Below are positions 26,922-39,502 of a stretch of 60,000 nucleotides of DNA, piece by piece (within the stretch, counting starts at the first letter, position 1; the number at the start of each line of letters is the position of its first letter). Location: assembly GCA_965235115.1 (NCBI GenBank), contig OZ249436.1, positions 30,816,001 through 30,876,000 on the forward strand. The letters run 5' to 3'. The notes under the pieces were generated by a model that saw only the letters and a list, made by a program, of their open reading frames with translations, was not told the origin of the DNA and made no database searches. The DNA comes from Laetmonice hystrix. Taxonomy: Eukaryota. A program made the translations under genes and the position numbers.

Positions 26922-29453
26922 CAGACCTAAAGAAAAAACATATCCCTAGCGCTGTCCCTAATGATCCTAACCGCTACCTCTAGGCTAGTGAACATGTTAT
27001 ACCATATGGCTGGGGGAATATAACCGGCAAACGAGGGGTAGGCGGGTAGGTATAGTAGGCTTACCTGACGCCTTGCTGAGTGACATCAAATCAAGGATCT
27101 GTTGACATAACGATATATTGGTTCAGTTCGAACCCAACAGGTGGCAGCACGAGATGGCCACAAGCAGGTGCATGTACTCGAGGGTATATCCACAAATTAT
27201 ACTGTGGCACCTATACGATCTACGACTTTGACTGCCTCTGACCAATCACTTTTAAAAAATTTTGTTTTCAATTGTCCTTCACTTATGGGTATCACTCTCT
27301 ATTTTCCAGTATCCAGTAGCCCGGTATAGGCCTAGAGAGGTTACCTTTGTATTACGGAGCTCGATGGTAGCTCTTACAACCTAAGGTCGTGCACCGTTAC
27401 CTCCAGGCTTTATTCATGAAGCAAACAATAGTTCCTATTGTCAACAGATCAGGTGTCTCTGCGAGTCGTTATGTTACGGTTCCTGTAATGGCACCACTGA
27501 GCTATAATCACACCCGCCCACACCTACACCCCACTGGGGCGCAATGCCTTCCACACGACCCTTTTTTCTACCTCCCCTATACCTCTCCCCTGGTTTATTT
27601 TTTCCCCGGCACCGTAGGCTGCAAACTTGATCCTTAAAACAACATCTCAAACCACGTGTACTTGGCAGCTGATAAAAAACATGTTAGTAAACAACTATTC
27701 TTTTCTCCTTATGAAATCTTTGAAGTCGATCTCCAATGACATCGTTTTCGATACAATATAGTGCGTCTCTTAAAAAGATTCTTCAGTTAGCCTAATTAAT
27801 AGATGTCAAGTAAAATTAAAATTACATGCACTTATTGAACATAGAAGAACTGGCCTTAAATTTAGAACTTAAACAATTAGGCTTTTCTTTAAACAACATT
27901 TCCCGTTTACGTTGTAGACACGCGATGCAAGATTGTACAATTACGTAAACCTACAAGTTCTGGAGTACGCGTTCCGCGTCGGACTGTTGGTTACATACGT
28001 TTTCCCCCTATCATTAAAAACAGGTGGCATGGTGCCAACAGGCAAAATGTTCAGGTTTCTGCAGACCAGAACTGAGGGCGTCAGACTGGATGCTAGGGCA
28101 GATTTCTCCTGGCTGTAGTGTACTGCACACATACATGTAAACATAGACAGTACTCCGGTCGTACTATAGGACTACGTTCTACAGGTTTAGTACTACGTAA
28201 TACATGTTGCACAGAGAGAGGGTGAACAGTTTTGAAACGAGTTTCTTCTATATGATTCCCTTCCAGCTAAACTAGCATCCAGGAAGGCAGGTATATATGT
28301 AGATCTATAGCCGGCATGCCTAGCCTAGCTCGAGGTATATAAAACTATATTTGCAGCAGCAGGCCCACACTACGCTGGATCCAGGACGATCATCAAAGTA
28401 CCTGTCAGCTGGTTGTTCTAATAGACATTAAAATAACGTCCATCATTTCGTTGTTTGTAACTGTGCCAAGTTTGATGCGGGTGACTGCAGCGCCACCTGT
28501 CGATGGTTATTAACTTCACTATTTTATGATGGCCACTTTTGCACCGTCTAAAGTTTTTAACATCAAGGTCAGTATGAAACCATTATCATACATAAAATTC
28601 ACGTGGTCGAACTTTGTAGTAGAGGTTTGTCGTTTAATATGCAGCAAATACCAGGTGACTTTTAAAGAAAATCATGTTGCGGCTCCCTACAAAGAGGTCG
28701 CCTACTGGAACGAATATTTGCATACCGAGTATTTTTTTTGTATCAGTGAGTCAATTTATATATCTGGAACATTCATATTTAATGAACTTTCTACACCTAA
28801 CTTTGACGATTATTTATTTTTAATCGACGCACCTATATATGAAAGAAGATGAATGAGTAGTAGAAGAAAAAGACGAGAAGCAAGAAGAAGAAGCAAAAGA
28901 AGAAAGAACGAAAGAGATCAACAGCATTCATAGTGCGATACCGGAAATCCAGAAATTAATATAGACAAACAATTTGGAGACATCAAAAAGGCAGTATATC
29001 AGGCATTGCCCAGACAATGCATGCATGCCACACTGCCAACTATAAAGTCGCAAATATTAAAAATGCATTTCAGAAAATAATGAAAGCACAAATATAAATA
29101 TAATGCGTCACACGATGTGGCAAACATGATAATGCACCCCTTGTTTTATACCTTTATACTAAAAGTGACAATGTCGTCGGATCGTGTTTTCTTAATCCAT
29201 ACTTCAGAAAAAAAATCGCTTTCCATAGGCATATAGTGGGACGATTAGGCCTATTATAGAACGAAGAAAACATGCACGGATACGTCACGAGTGACACATC
29301 CCCGGAATATTAGACCTGGGGGAAATCTGTCCTTGTCTGCAATCACCGCAACTACGTCCATGTGACCTATATATTCTATACACAATATCCTCATATTGGA
29401 CATTGTCGTGGCAAGGCTCCCACTTCTACCTTTGTTGTCGTTATCGGAGATGT

Positions 29454-30514
29454 TATGTCAACCTCCCTTGTTCACACTGACATGTCTACAGTATTCCGTT
29501 TCCTGATGCAGTATGTCAACCTCCCTTGTTCAACACTGACATGTCTACAGTATTCCGTGTCCTCATGCACTATGTCAACCTCCCTTGTTCAACACTGACA
29601 TGTCTACAGTATTCCATGTCCTCATGCAGTATGTCAACCTGCCTTGTTCAACACTGACATGTCTACAGTATTCCGTTTCCTGATGCAGTATGTCAACCTG
29701 CCTTGTGAACACTGACATGTCTACAGTATTCCGTTTCCTGATGCAGTATGTCAACCTGCCTTGTGAACACTGACATGTCTACAGTATTCCGTTTCCTGAT
29801 GCAGTATGTCAACCTGCCTTGTTCAACACTGACATGTCTACAGTATTCCATTTCCTCATGCAGTATGTCAACCTCCCTTGTTCAACACTGACATGTCTAC
29901 AGTATTCCATTTCCTCATGCAGTATGTCAACCTCCCTTGTTCAACACTGACATGTCTACAGTATTCCATTTCCTCATGCAGTATGTCAACCTCCCTTGTT
30001 CAACACTGACATGTCTACAGTATTCCATTTCCTCATGCAGTATGTCAACCTGCCTTGTTCAACACTGACATGTCTACAGTATTCCGTTTCCTCATGCAGT
30101 ATGTCAACCTCCCTTGTTAAACACTGACATGTCTACAGTATTCCATTTCCTCATGCAGTATGTCAACTTCCCTTGTTCAACACTGACATGTCTACAGTAT
30201 TCCATTTCCCCATGCAGTATGTCAACCTGCCTTGTTCAACACTGATATGTCTACAGTATTCCATTTCCTCATGCAGTATGTCAACCTGCCTTGTTCAACA
30301 CTGACATGTCTACAGTATTCCATTTCCTCATGCAGTATGTCAACCTCCCTTGTTCAACACTGACATGTCTACAGTATTCCGTTTCCTGATGCAGTATGTC
30401 AACCTGCCTTGTTCAACACTGACATGTCTACAGTATTCCATTTCCTCATGCAGTATGTCAACCTCCCTTGTTCAACACTGACATGTCTACAGTATTCCAT
30501 TTCCTCATGCAGTA
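29454..30514. repeat. 59-bp minisatellite, ~18 copies
   Basis: Unit TATGTCAACCT(C/G)CCTTGTTCAACACTGACATGTCTACAGTATTCC(A/G)TTTCCT(C/G)ATGCAG, head to tail with no spacers. Confidence 0.95.
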
Positions 30515-30544
30515 TCTCAAGTCCCTGGATATTGCGCCCCACCT

Positions 30545-31218
30545 CCTGACGTCTATACCAGTGGGTATATCGTCCACGGCCATGCAGTGGTGAGGTCCTG
30601 ACGCCTATACCAGTGGGTATATCGTCCACGGCCATGCAGTGGTGAGGTCCTGACGCCTATACCAGTGGGTATATCGTCCACGGCCATGCAGTGGTGAGGT
30701 CCTGACGTCTATACCAGTGGGTATATCGTCCACGGCCATGCAGTGGTGAGGCCCTAACGCCTATACCAGTGGGTATATCGTCCACGGCCATGCAGTGGTG
30801 AGGCCCTAACGTCTATACCAGTGGGTATATCGTCCACGGCCATGCAGTGGTGAGGTCCTGACGCCTATACCAGTGGGTATATCGTCCACGGCCATGCAGT
30901 GGTGAGGTCATGACGTCTATACCAGAGGGTATATCGTCCACGGCCATGCAGTGGTGAGGTGCTGACGCCTATATCAGTGGGTATATCGTCCACGGCCATG
31001 CAGTGGTGAGGTCCTAACGCCTATACCAGTGGGTATATCGTCCACGGCCATGCAGTGGTGAGGTCCTGACGCCTATACCAGTGGGTATATCGTCCACGGC
31101 CATGCAGTGGTGAGGTCCTGACGCCTATACCAGTGGGTATATCGTCCACGGCCATGCAGTGGTGAGGCCCTGACGTCTATACCAGTGGGTATCGTCCACG
31201 GCCATGCAGTGGTGAGGT
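30545..31218. repeat. 52-bp minisatellite, ~13 copies
   Basis: Unit CCTGACG(C/T)CTATACCAGTGGGTATATCGTCCACGGCCATGCAGTGGTGAGGT, head to tail. Confidence 0.95.
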
Positions 31219-31383
31219 TCAGCAAGGGTTAATGCGGAGTGACCTATACGGATAGGCAGATCCGTGGTGTACGTACCCTCTGCCTGTCTAGACCACAAAT
31301 CGATAATCCCGCCTTCACATTTTACACCATCAGCACATGTCAGCATTCGTCAACCTTTTTATTCGAACAGATCTGTAAGACTG

Positions 31384-31466
31384 TAGCGGCTTATCTACAT
31401 CACCATCATGGGCTATATCTGGAATATAGCGGCTTATCTACATCACCATCATGGGCTATATCTGGA
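31384..31466. repeat. 43-bp tandem duplication
   Basis: TAGCGGCTTATCTACATCACCATCATGGGCTATATCTGGA at 31384 and 31427. Confidence 0.9.
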
Positions 31467-34400
31467 CTATAGGCCTAAATCATTTTGTGTAGTGATTTTG
31501 TCTTTTACACTTTGGAAAGTATTACTAGTAGTCCCCATTAAAGATTATAAGCATACTTAAAATTAGGGCCTCCATAAGTTTGATATAGGCCTACAAATTA
31601 TTATGAATAGGCCCCACCGTATGTCAACTAGCTACCTGATATATAGTATAATAAAATAACAGATTATTCATTCGTAGATTATTTCATTTGCTATATCATG
31701 TCATCTATATCTACCCAATTAATTACGATCTCTAGATCACATTATTGGTGTTAGACACGCGACTGCATGTTGGATCTCAGGTAGTATGGATTAAATATCC
31801 ACAACTGGCCTCGACCGTTCCGAGTCAATGGCAGCCAGCATACAATATCGGTAGAAGGCGTTGGCCATTGGGTCACCAGCCATAAAGCAATTGTTGATAT
31901 GGAAACTGCGCCCATCTGTTATAGAAATCTCAATCTATTATTATACAGACTTAGGCCTCGCCCCGTTACCCTCTTCCAGTTCCAGCACCAGTAGATCGGA
32001 ATCGAGTGACAATTTGGAAGGTTGCCATGCGATGGCGCTGCAGATATAAATGTTTTTCGTCATGCCTTGCCACTTGTATATATACAGTGTATGGGTGCCG
32101 ACGATATTCTGACCGCCATTGAGGTACAAGGTTGAGGCGGTGCCACTGTCACAGTATTATGGCAGCTAGAGGCAGTGCAATCTTTGTGTATACGGTGCCT
32201 ATATATCCCGAACATTATTTCGTCGAATCTGTCGTCTGCCTCAGTACAACCCGCCTAACTGAATCCTACCTGGCAGGTTACAGTACACAGTGCACTCCAC
32301 ATCACCAGTGCTCGCCCTGTGTCACTCAGTGTCTGGGATGTGTGATATATCCCAATGTGGCAATCAATGCAACCAAGATTTGTATTGGCCTCTGTGATTA
32401 CAAGCGTGTTCTCTGTGGACGTGTGATGGACAGACGCAGAGAAACATTAACCCTTAGAGAACTGTTCCTATAACTGTCACCAGTAGCCTCCTCATGTAGT
32501 ACTGGCCAGTTGAACTGACAGTAGCTGTGTCCAGCTAGTGGCACGGCCTCATTATTGCAAATACCCTGATTCGCTGTCCTTGTCTCTCCACTGTAAAACA
32601 CTGAGCGTCTGCAGCACCTTTTTAATATCCAAACCTAACCCAAGTTGAACTTGAGTCAACAAGTTTGCGTTGTACAATTAGACCTAGTTGTTGCTTATTT
32701 TGTTAATTTAAAATGTTTGCCTCAAAAAAGTTTTTAAAACATGAAATGGCAATGTTTCCCCAAATTCCTAGCTGCTGAGTTATGGATCTGCAATGCCGAA
32801 AAAAATACATGACAATATTCGAATTTATGATCAATACCCTGCAAGTAAGCTTTGACATGATAATAAGAGCCACTCATGCACTCACTGCCGAGCGCCCTCC
32901 CTCCCACCACGGCCGAACTTCCCGGGCTCGGCCGTGCAGGACGGGCTGCCTCTCTCATCATGGAAAGGTCGTAACGCCCGCATACATGGTTGGTGCCATG
33001 CACTATTTAAATAATGCTACAATATTTTACCGTTCAATCTTACTGGCATTCAATCATTCAATATAATCATGCCTTGTGGGGAAAAACTCCACTGTCTGAC
33101 TGTTTCACTCTCGTAGTCAAAGTTTTAAAAGGGTTGAATGTTAATAAAGTTGAGAATGCAAATGTTAAGTGTTCATCGTGCGTGTGAAAACCTGGAGGAC
33201 TAAAGCATGAGCGACTGGCAGCACATAATAACTATCACGGTGAGCGATTGTCTTTGTCTTTGGTGAAAACTACAAGAAACCCTTCAAGTGACAAGTTTCT
33301 TGGAGGAAGCATATTTCATGTGCCGGATTTTATGGCAAATCTTGCTCTGATATCGATAGCAACGCTGCATAAGAAAGAACAGTAGGCCTATGCTTTCACA
33401 TAGATGGGTTTCTTATCTAAGAGACCATCTTCTTGGAATGTTCAAGAGAATATTCCAGAATTGCTGTTGCCAAGAATATCATGGTATTATAAAGCAACAA
33501 AGAAAGCTTTGGAAAAAGCAGCAGCATATGGACACAATTCACTAACCAGTACTGGAGACTTTGGAGCCCCAGAATAATTCCCCAAGATCATGAAGATGGC
33601 GCATCTCTGTGGAGGAACAGGTCCAAAAACATAATGACGGATTCTGTGTACAAAATATGAGTTCACAAATCACAAAGTACTGTTTACACCCAAAACACAA
33701 TTACCAGTGGGTTTGAGATGCTCATCATTTCTTGCAGGTAATTTTACTAGTGCAACATAAATTTTAAGTAATAAAAAGTTCTATGAAAATGCAGTGAAAC
33801 GCCGTAACCTGTCTTAAAACAAAACAAGGGTCGAGGGGGAAAAGATGAATGGAGCCTGACAAGAAGAACTGAAGATATCATAAATTAATAAATAAAAAGT
33901 TAAATAAATAAGAAAAGGTAGGGAATAAAAGAAAAGGGAGAGCAGTTTACTGCCAAATGTATTCACCCAAAGACAACTTTTCAGCAGTCTATGCAAAATA
34001 TTTAAGGAGGGATATATGTATAGAAACGACTTTGGTGTTACTATAGATGCGCCAAAATGTCGGCATGCTAAAGATTATTTGGATCAGTTATTGGAACAGA
34101 CAGGTGCCATTTAAGATCCCCCAACCCCAACCCCAAACGCGTAGGCCTAAAAAAAATATCAACAAACTTATTCTGACTACCGGTCGGTACGAAAATGAGT
34201 AGGCTTAGCCCAGGAAAATCTAGATCAAGTCCTAATACTAGGCCCTAACTAGGCTTGTCGTTGATAACAGTTCACCAGCTGCTGACAAAAACGTCCTGTT
34301 CGTCAGGCTAGTGATAACAGTTCATGTGTCGGTGCCAACTGATGGATTATAAAAGGCTTGGTGTATACAAACATTAAACACCCACCTTGAGTTCGGCGGC

Positions 34401-35624
34401 TGGTGTTGAATGTCGGAGCCAGATCGAGCGCCCCGGGGCTGTACGGCTGTTTGCCGGCCCGACGGCGGATGACAGGACTCGGAGCCGGGCTCGACGCGGG
34501 GCTCGGGTGGACCTTGGCCGGGTGCATGGTCGCCTGCCGCTGGGTGGTGAGATCGAGAGGGGGGTGGGGTGTCTAGCTATACCCCACCAACAGGGCCGAT
34601 AAAACACACGGTGACAATTGTCCAGGAAATTCTAGGCCTATCTCCTGTTTGTTTTCTTGTTTTAAAACTTCCGTTTCCAAGTGATAATACCACAGGAATC
34701 GTTCTTAGTCTGAGACCACCTGCAGCCAGCAAACGCGGGTCTCTACTCGCAGGTGTTGAGGAACATCAATGGAACCATGAATGATGGAACTGTTCCCGGC
34801 GGGGGAGCATGGCAGGCATGCTGCCCGGGCCATGGATGCAGCCAGGCTCCTGCCTCGAGCTGGTCGGCCTTCCCCGCAAGTCAGAGACGCTGGGCCGTCT
34901 GGCCGAGTGCAACTGTATCTGTTATGAGGTGAGAGTCGACTTGGAATTCGAAATACTAGATCCCGTTTCGACAAAACTGTAAAGCAGAAAATGTCGCACC
35001 AGATGCAAGACAACAGGAGGCAGGCAGCGGAGCCTGGTGAGGCATCCGCTGCGGCGGCAGGCGAACGAAAGGAAAGATGTGTGTCCACGAGGAAGCAGTG
35101 AGCCTGGGCGCCAGCCTGGAGATGTGCCAGGTTTTGTCGGGGCACACCGCCGACCGCTGCTACCCTCAGCATCCCTACCAATCCAAACAGTCACACCCTC
35201 TCCATCCCACCACGAGCCTAGGCCTACTGTAGCTCCACCAGGCCACAACGGACACCTGTAGACTTTGCAGTCTCGGCCTGTATATAATTATTGGCCTACC
35301 TTGGCAGTAGGCCTATAATGCCAATATAGGCTAATACGGTACGGTACGGTACGGTAGATCCTAGACCCAGGAACAGGGGCAGATCCAGATCTTTTTGCAA
35401 GGGGGGGGGGGGGTCAAGGGGGAAATATAGCAAAACTTAAAGGGGATCCAATATGGTTAGGCCTAAATAGCCTAGCCTATATATGGGGGGGGGGGGGGGG
35501 TTGCCAAGGCGGATGAGGTAGGCCTTAATGACCCTCGTGACCCCCCAGGGCCAGGGGTGTATCCAGAAATTGGTTCTGGGGGTCCTAAGTTAGCCTTTAC
35601 GTTTGCTTTTGCCTATATAGGGTA

Positions 35625-36116
35625 GGGGAAGGTGGGGTAAAATGGCCTATGCGGGTCATATGGCCCACCCCATTATCTGAGCTATGGCCTAAGTATGGCA
35701 GGCTAGATGTCATCACTTGTAATCAAGAGAGCCTGGAGTGATTGTACCCATTGATAAGTCAGTTAGTGAACTAATATAGGATAAAAGAATCCAACTTTCT
35801 CATGCGTACCTCTTATGACATTGACAGAACATGTGAGTTGGCGGGTGGGGCAATATTAATTTTATCCCATATAGGTGGGCCATTTTGTACAACCCATTGG
35901 ACAAAATGGCCCACTTTGGCAAAATATTTCTTGGCAGATTTTCCTGGAAATGGCTTGTAGGATTCATGTTCACTTCATCTATGTTGCTGCTGATAAGGTC
36001 ATGTTTCAATTGCATATAGGCTACTATAGTCAGCTCCTCTTCATAGTGCATTAACTTAGGCCTATATGTAAAAATCACCCTGAAGCTTAAGGTGGCCATT
36101 TTACCCCACCTTCCCC
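35625..36116. mobile_element. TA-flanked MITE (Tc1/mariner-pogo-like) with GGGG...CCCC ends
   Basis: TA|GGGGAAGGTGGGGTAAAATGGCC ... GGCCATTTTACCCCACCTTCCCC|TA. Perfect 23-bp TIR, with internal copies of the AAAATGGCCCAC motif. Confidence 0.9.
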
Positions 36117-36748
36117 TACTCCAGGTACTAAGTTAGGCCTATAGGCCTTAGATTTTATCTAGGCTCCTAAGTAGGCCTATAGGCTAGGCCAGTAGGCCTA
36201 GATCTATGCCGGGCTCCTCTGGGAAATAGGCCCTAGGCCTATATTTAAAAAAAGACATCAAATAATGCATTCTCAGAACGCGTCTTGTTTGTAAATAAAT
36301 GAAGATTTCCTTTGGTTAAAATAATGCACTTTTTACACTCCTGTTTTACAAAAAATGTCCCCATTTCTTGTCAAATAGCTGCTAAAATGGGAGTACCTAG
36401 GCCTATGGGGACTTTTTGGTTACGGGGGCAGACGGGTTGCTTTGCTTCTCTGGACATCCGATTTTTTTCCTGTTTGCTTTGCCTATAGGCCTAGTTAGGC
36501 CCTAGTTATTTAATTATCTATTAATTATCTTCTTTGGGGGGGATTCAACCACTTAAAGTGTTACCACTGGGAGGCCTACCTCGCTGAAGCAGCGTCGTGG
36601 TCAGTCGGTGTTGGCGTTCTTGTCTGCTAAACCTCAAGGTGTCGCCACCGCCACCGCTCCCTTCCAGCTAGCGTACGACTGCGCCCCCTCGCGATGTAAC
36701 GTTGAACGACTGAGCTGTGTGGTTCTCGTCCAACTCCAAGTAGACGAA

Positions 36749-39502
36749 ATGTCATACACAGTTTTCCCGAGACACTTCCTTAGAACTGCTATCCGAATAA
36801 CGGATGGAAATCTTCACACAGTCGACAAATTATGCGGGCGTTGGAAGCTGGGATTTAGCCCTTCTCTTTCCCGTTTGCTGGCGAGTATTATTGGATTAAT
36901 CTATTATCGCTCAATCAGAGGGTCAGGGCCACAGTGCCCACACCACGTCCATGGCCATCGCTTCAACTTGATACCCCATTACCGTAACAGCTGGTACCTT
37001 CAAAGTCAGCCTTATAAATAGATTAAATAGATTTTTACACCCTATACTTGTTTATAGTGATATATTGCTAATATGTAAAATGTCAGGCCTCAGTCAGGGA
37101 CATATACTATAGTATAGAGTACTATAGTCATACTATAGCAGTGTGCAGTGTGTACATCTGTCAGTGGTAGTGGTACAGCGGAGTGGTAGGCCTATAAATC
37201 GTTGGTCTTTTTCTAGTCCTATGGCTATGCAAACTTGTTCGCCAAATAACAATTGAGAAAATAATATTAAATGTCAGTGACAGAGCAGCGTGTACATCTG
37301 GTAGGCCCGGGAATATTACCTTCCTGTCTAAGTTGCATGGCTTAGTGGATTGGACTTCACACTCACCCTGCTAAAATGTAATAGACGTGTGTTGGCATAA
37401 AAGCGCTTCACAGCTTCGCACTAAAACAGACAGGTGTTGCCATAACACAGGCCAACCTCTTGAATCTGGAGGAATTTGAAAGTGGAAGATTAGCTGACAG
37501 TGACTGACAGCTGATGTCGGTGGATGGTCAAGAAAAATTAGCAAAAATCAGGGGCTGCATGGGAAAAAAGTTGACAAGTGCAAAAAAAAGTACAAATTGC
37601 TGTGGCCGACCACATTTTCATACTTGAATAAATAAGATTTTTGTCAAAAGTCAAATCTGCGGGATCTAGTGCCTATGGTGGAAGAGCAGGAGAAAGCTTT
37701 GAAATTGGAAGTCTCCTGCTCAATGCAGGAGAGTTGGCAGGCCTGCATCACGGTGCTTCACGGCACTGCTTTCGCTGGCACATGCTGAGCGCTATTAATG
37801 CATTGAAGATTTGAACCCTATATGTCAGATTACAGTACCATCAAAACATATGATCCTTGATTCATTACCATTAAAAATATAAAATACATTATTTATAATA
37901 AATGGCTAAGTTCGATTTTCACATTTAACATCAAGGAAATGTTGAACTATGCTACTAATGTCAAGGTTAAGCCAGTTGAGCGTCACTCCCATGTGGGTTT
38001 GTTTTGTCTCAAATTGCATGATAATTGGTGTTATTGGATAGCTGGCTATTTAACCATAGAGCATTATCCAATAGGATTGAATCCAAATGCCGCCTTTATA
38101 TACACTGCCTATAATAAATTAAAAATAAAACTTTACTTTTTTTCCAGCGGGTATCATCTACCCATAGTGCCACAACAGACCAGCAGTGTTCAACATGTGT
38201 GACTTCACCACCACGAGGTTTCTGTAGGCCACATAATCTGTGGGTTCTTCCCCAGAGACGAGCGAGTGACTTTGCTGGAGCTCCACCATCTCATGATGAA
38301 GAGTTTGTAGACCCGATTTAAAAGTTCATTGAGGTCAGGGGCAGATACAGCTTATCTAAAAAGCAGGATCTGGCCTGCAGTAGAGGGACCTGCATACAAG
38401 AGCCACAGGTCTTTAAAAGAATCCAGCAATCGGATGATCACAAAACATGTTATTTCTTAGCTATTTATTAAAAAAGTATAGTTTTGAAAGTCTTACTTGA
38501 CAATTCATATAAGAAAGACATGACCTCTTGTATGTACACGATAAATGAACTGGCTGAGATAATTTATAACTACACAATTTCTGTTCTATATAAATGGGCT
38601 GATGTCACATAAATAAGCGTATGAAGCACTCATGGTGCAAGCTTGATGTAACATGGCTACGGGGTACATATTTTCAGAAGTACCTTGACGGAAGCAGAGT
38701 ATGAAGACGTCTGTGAAGAGACGCTGCAGTCACTGGCAGACAGATTTGAAGATCTAGCTGAGAGTGATCTTGGAGGAGAAGATTTTGACGTACAATATGC
38801 AGTGAGCAGAGCTAAATATAGAAAAGTTTTAAACGTATACAGTGTCGCAAGTTGTTTTGAGAATATGAAATCCATTTTAATCTAGTCACCACCACCCAAG
38901 AATAAATTAAACACTTGTATCTGCCTTTTTTCTGGCAACGCCAAGTTTTCCGGGGGGGGGGGCACAAACTTAAAAATGGGGAAGAATCACTGGGGGAAAT
39001 AAAATAGTGTGGTATTTTATACTGTTTACGTGTACTCCCCTTCCATTTCACATTTTAGAGTGGCGTTTTGACCTTCAAAATGGGGGCATATGGTACTTAC
39101 GTTATCAATAAACAAACACCTAACAAACAAATATGGCTGTCATCACCAGAAAGGTAAGTCTTACATGCATCTCTGATCTTTAAGTATAAATAATTAAATG
39201 CTCTGTGGAGGAAACTCAATTTGTGCTTTACAGTGTGATTATATCATTTATAGTCGGTTTGGTTTCGGTAGACTAGCAGAAATCACTCCTGTATACTGAT
39301 TTCAGGACTGAGTTTAATAGATATACCTGCCCTCATGAAATTTTACAGTGGCCCAAAGAGGTACGACTACAGAGATGAGACGTGGATCTACAAGCACGAT
39401 GGTGTATCACTGCATACAATGTTGTCACAAGAACTGTCGGGCGCCCTTGGACAAATCATTGACCTCACCAACTGTTCATATGCCAAACGGGGGAATACCT
39501 GA
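36749..39502 (+). CDS. FXN: Frataxin, mitochondrial (Fe-S cluster assembly), 5 exons, ~219 aa
   Basis: Exons 36749-36880, 38148-38302, 38678-38801, 39059-39153, 39349-39502 join in phase. Hallmark sequence [86 protein letters not shown]. Exons 1-2 (Arg-rich presequence) are less certain than exons 3-5. Confidence 0.95.
37448..37745. mobile_element. Decayed hAT-like MITE in FXN intron 1
   Basis: Right end GAGTTGGCAGGCCTG|CATCAC. Left end CATAAC-A-CAGGCCAACC has a partly deleted TIR. Termini resemble those of the 26385 element. Confidence 0.4.

Noticed and set aside
28845..28920. GAA-rich tract near FXN, reminiscent of the Friedreich ataxia repeat
   Set aside because: Short, impure, ~8 kb upstream rather than intronic. 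The human repeat is Alu-derived, so there is no homology.
29454..31218. CRISPR-like repeat arrays
   Set aside because: Units are head to tail with no unique spacers, there are no cas genes, and the context is eukaryotic.
33200..33740. Possible zinc-finger or transposase exon
   Set aside because: Multiple stops in the frames examined and no motif I can assign with confidence.
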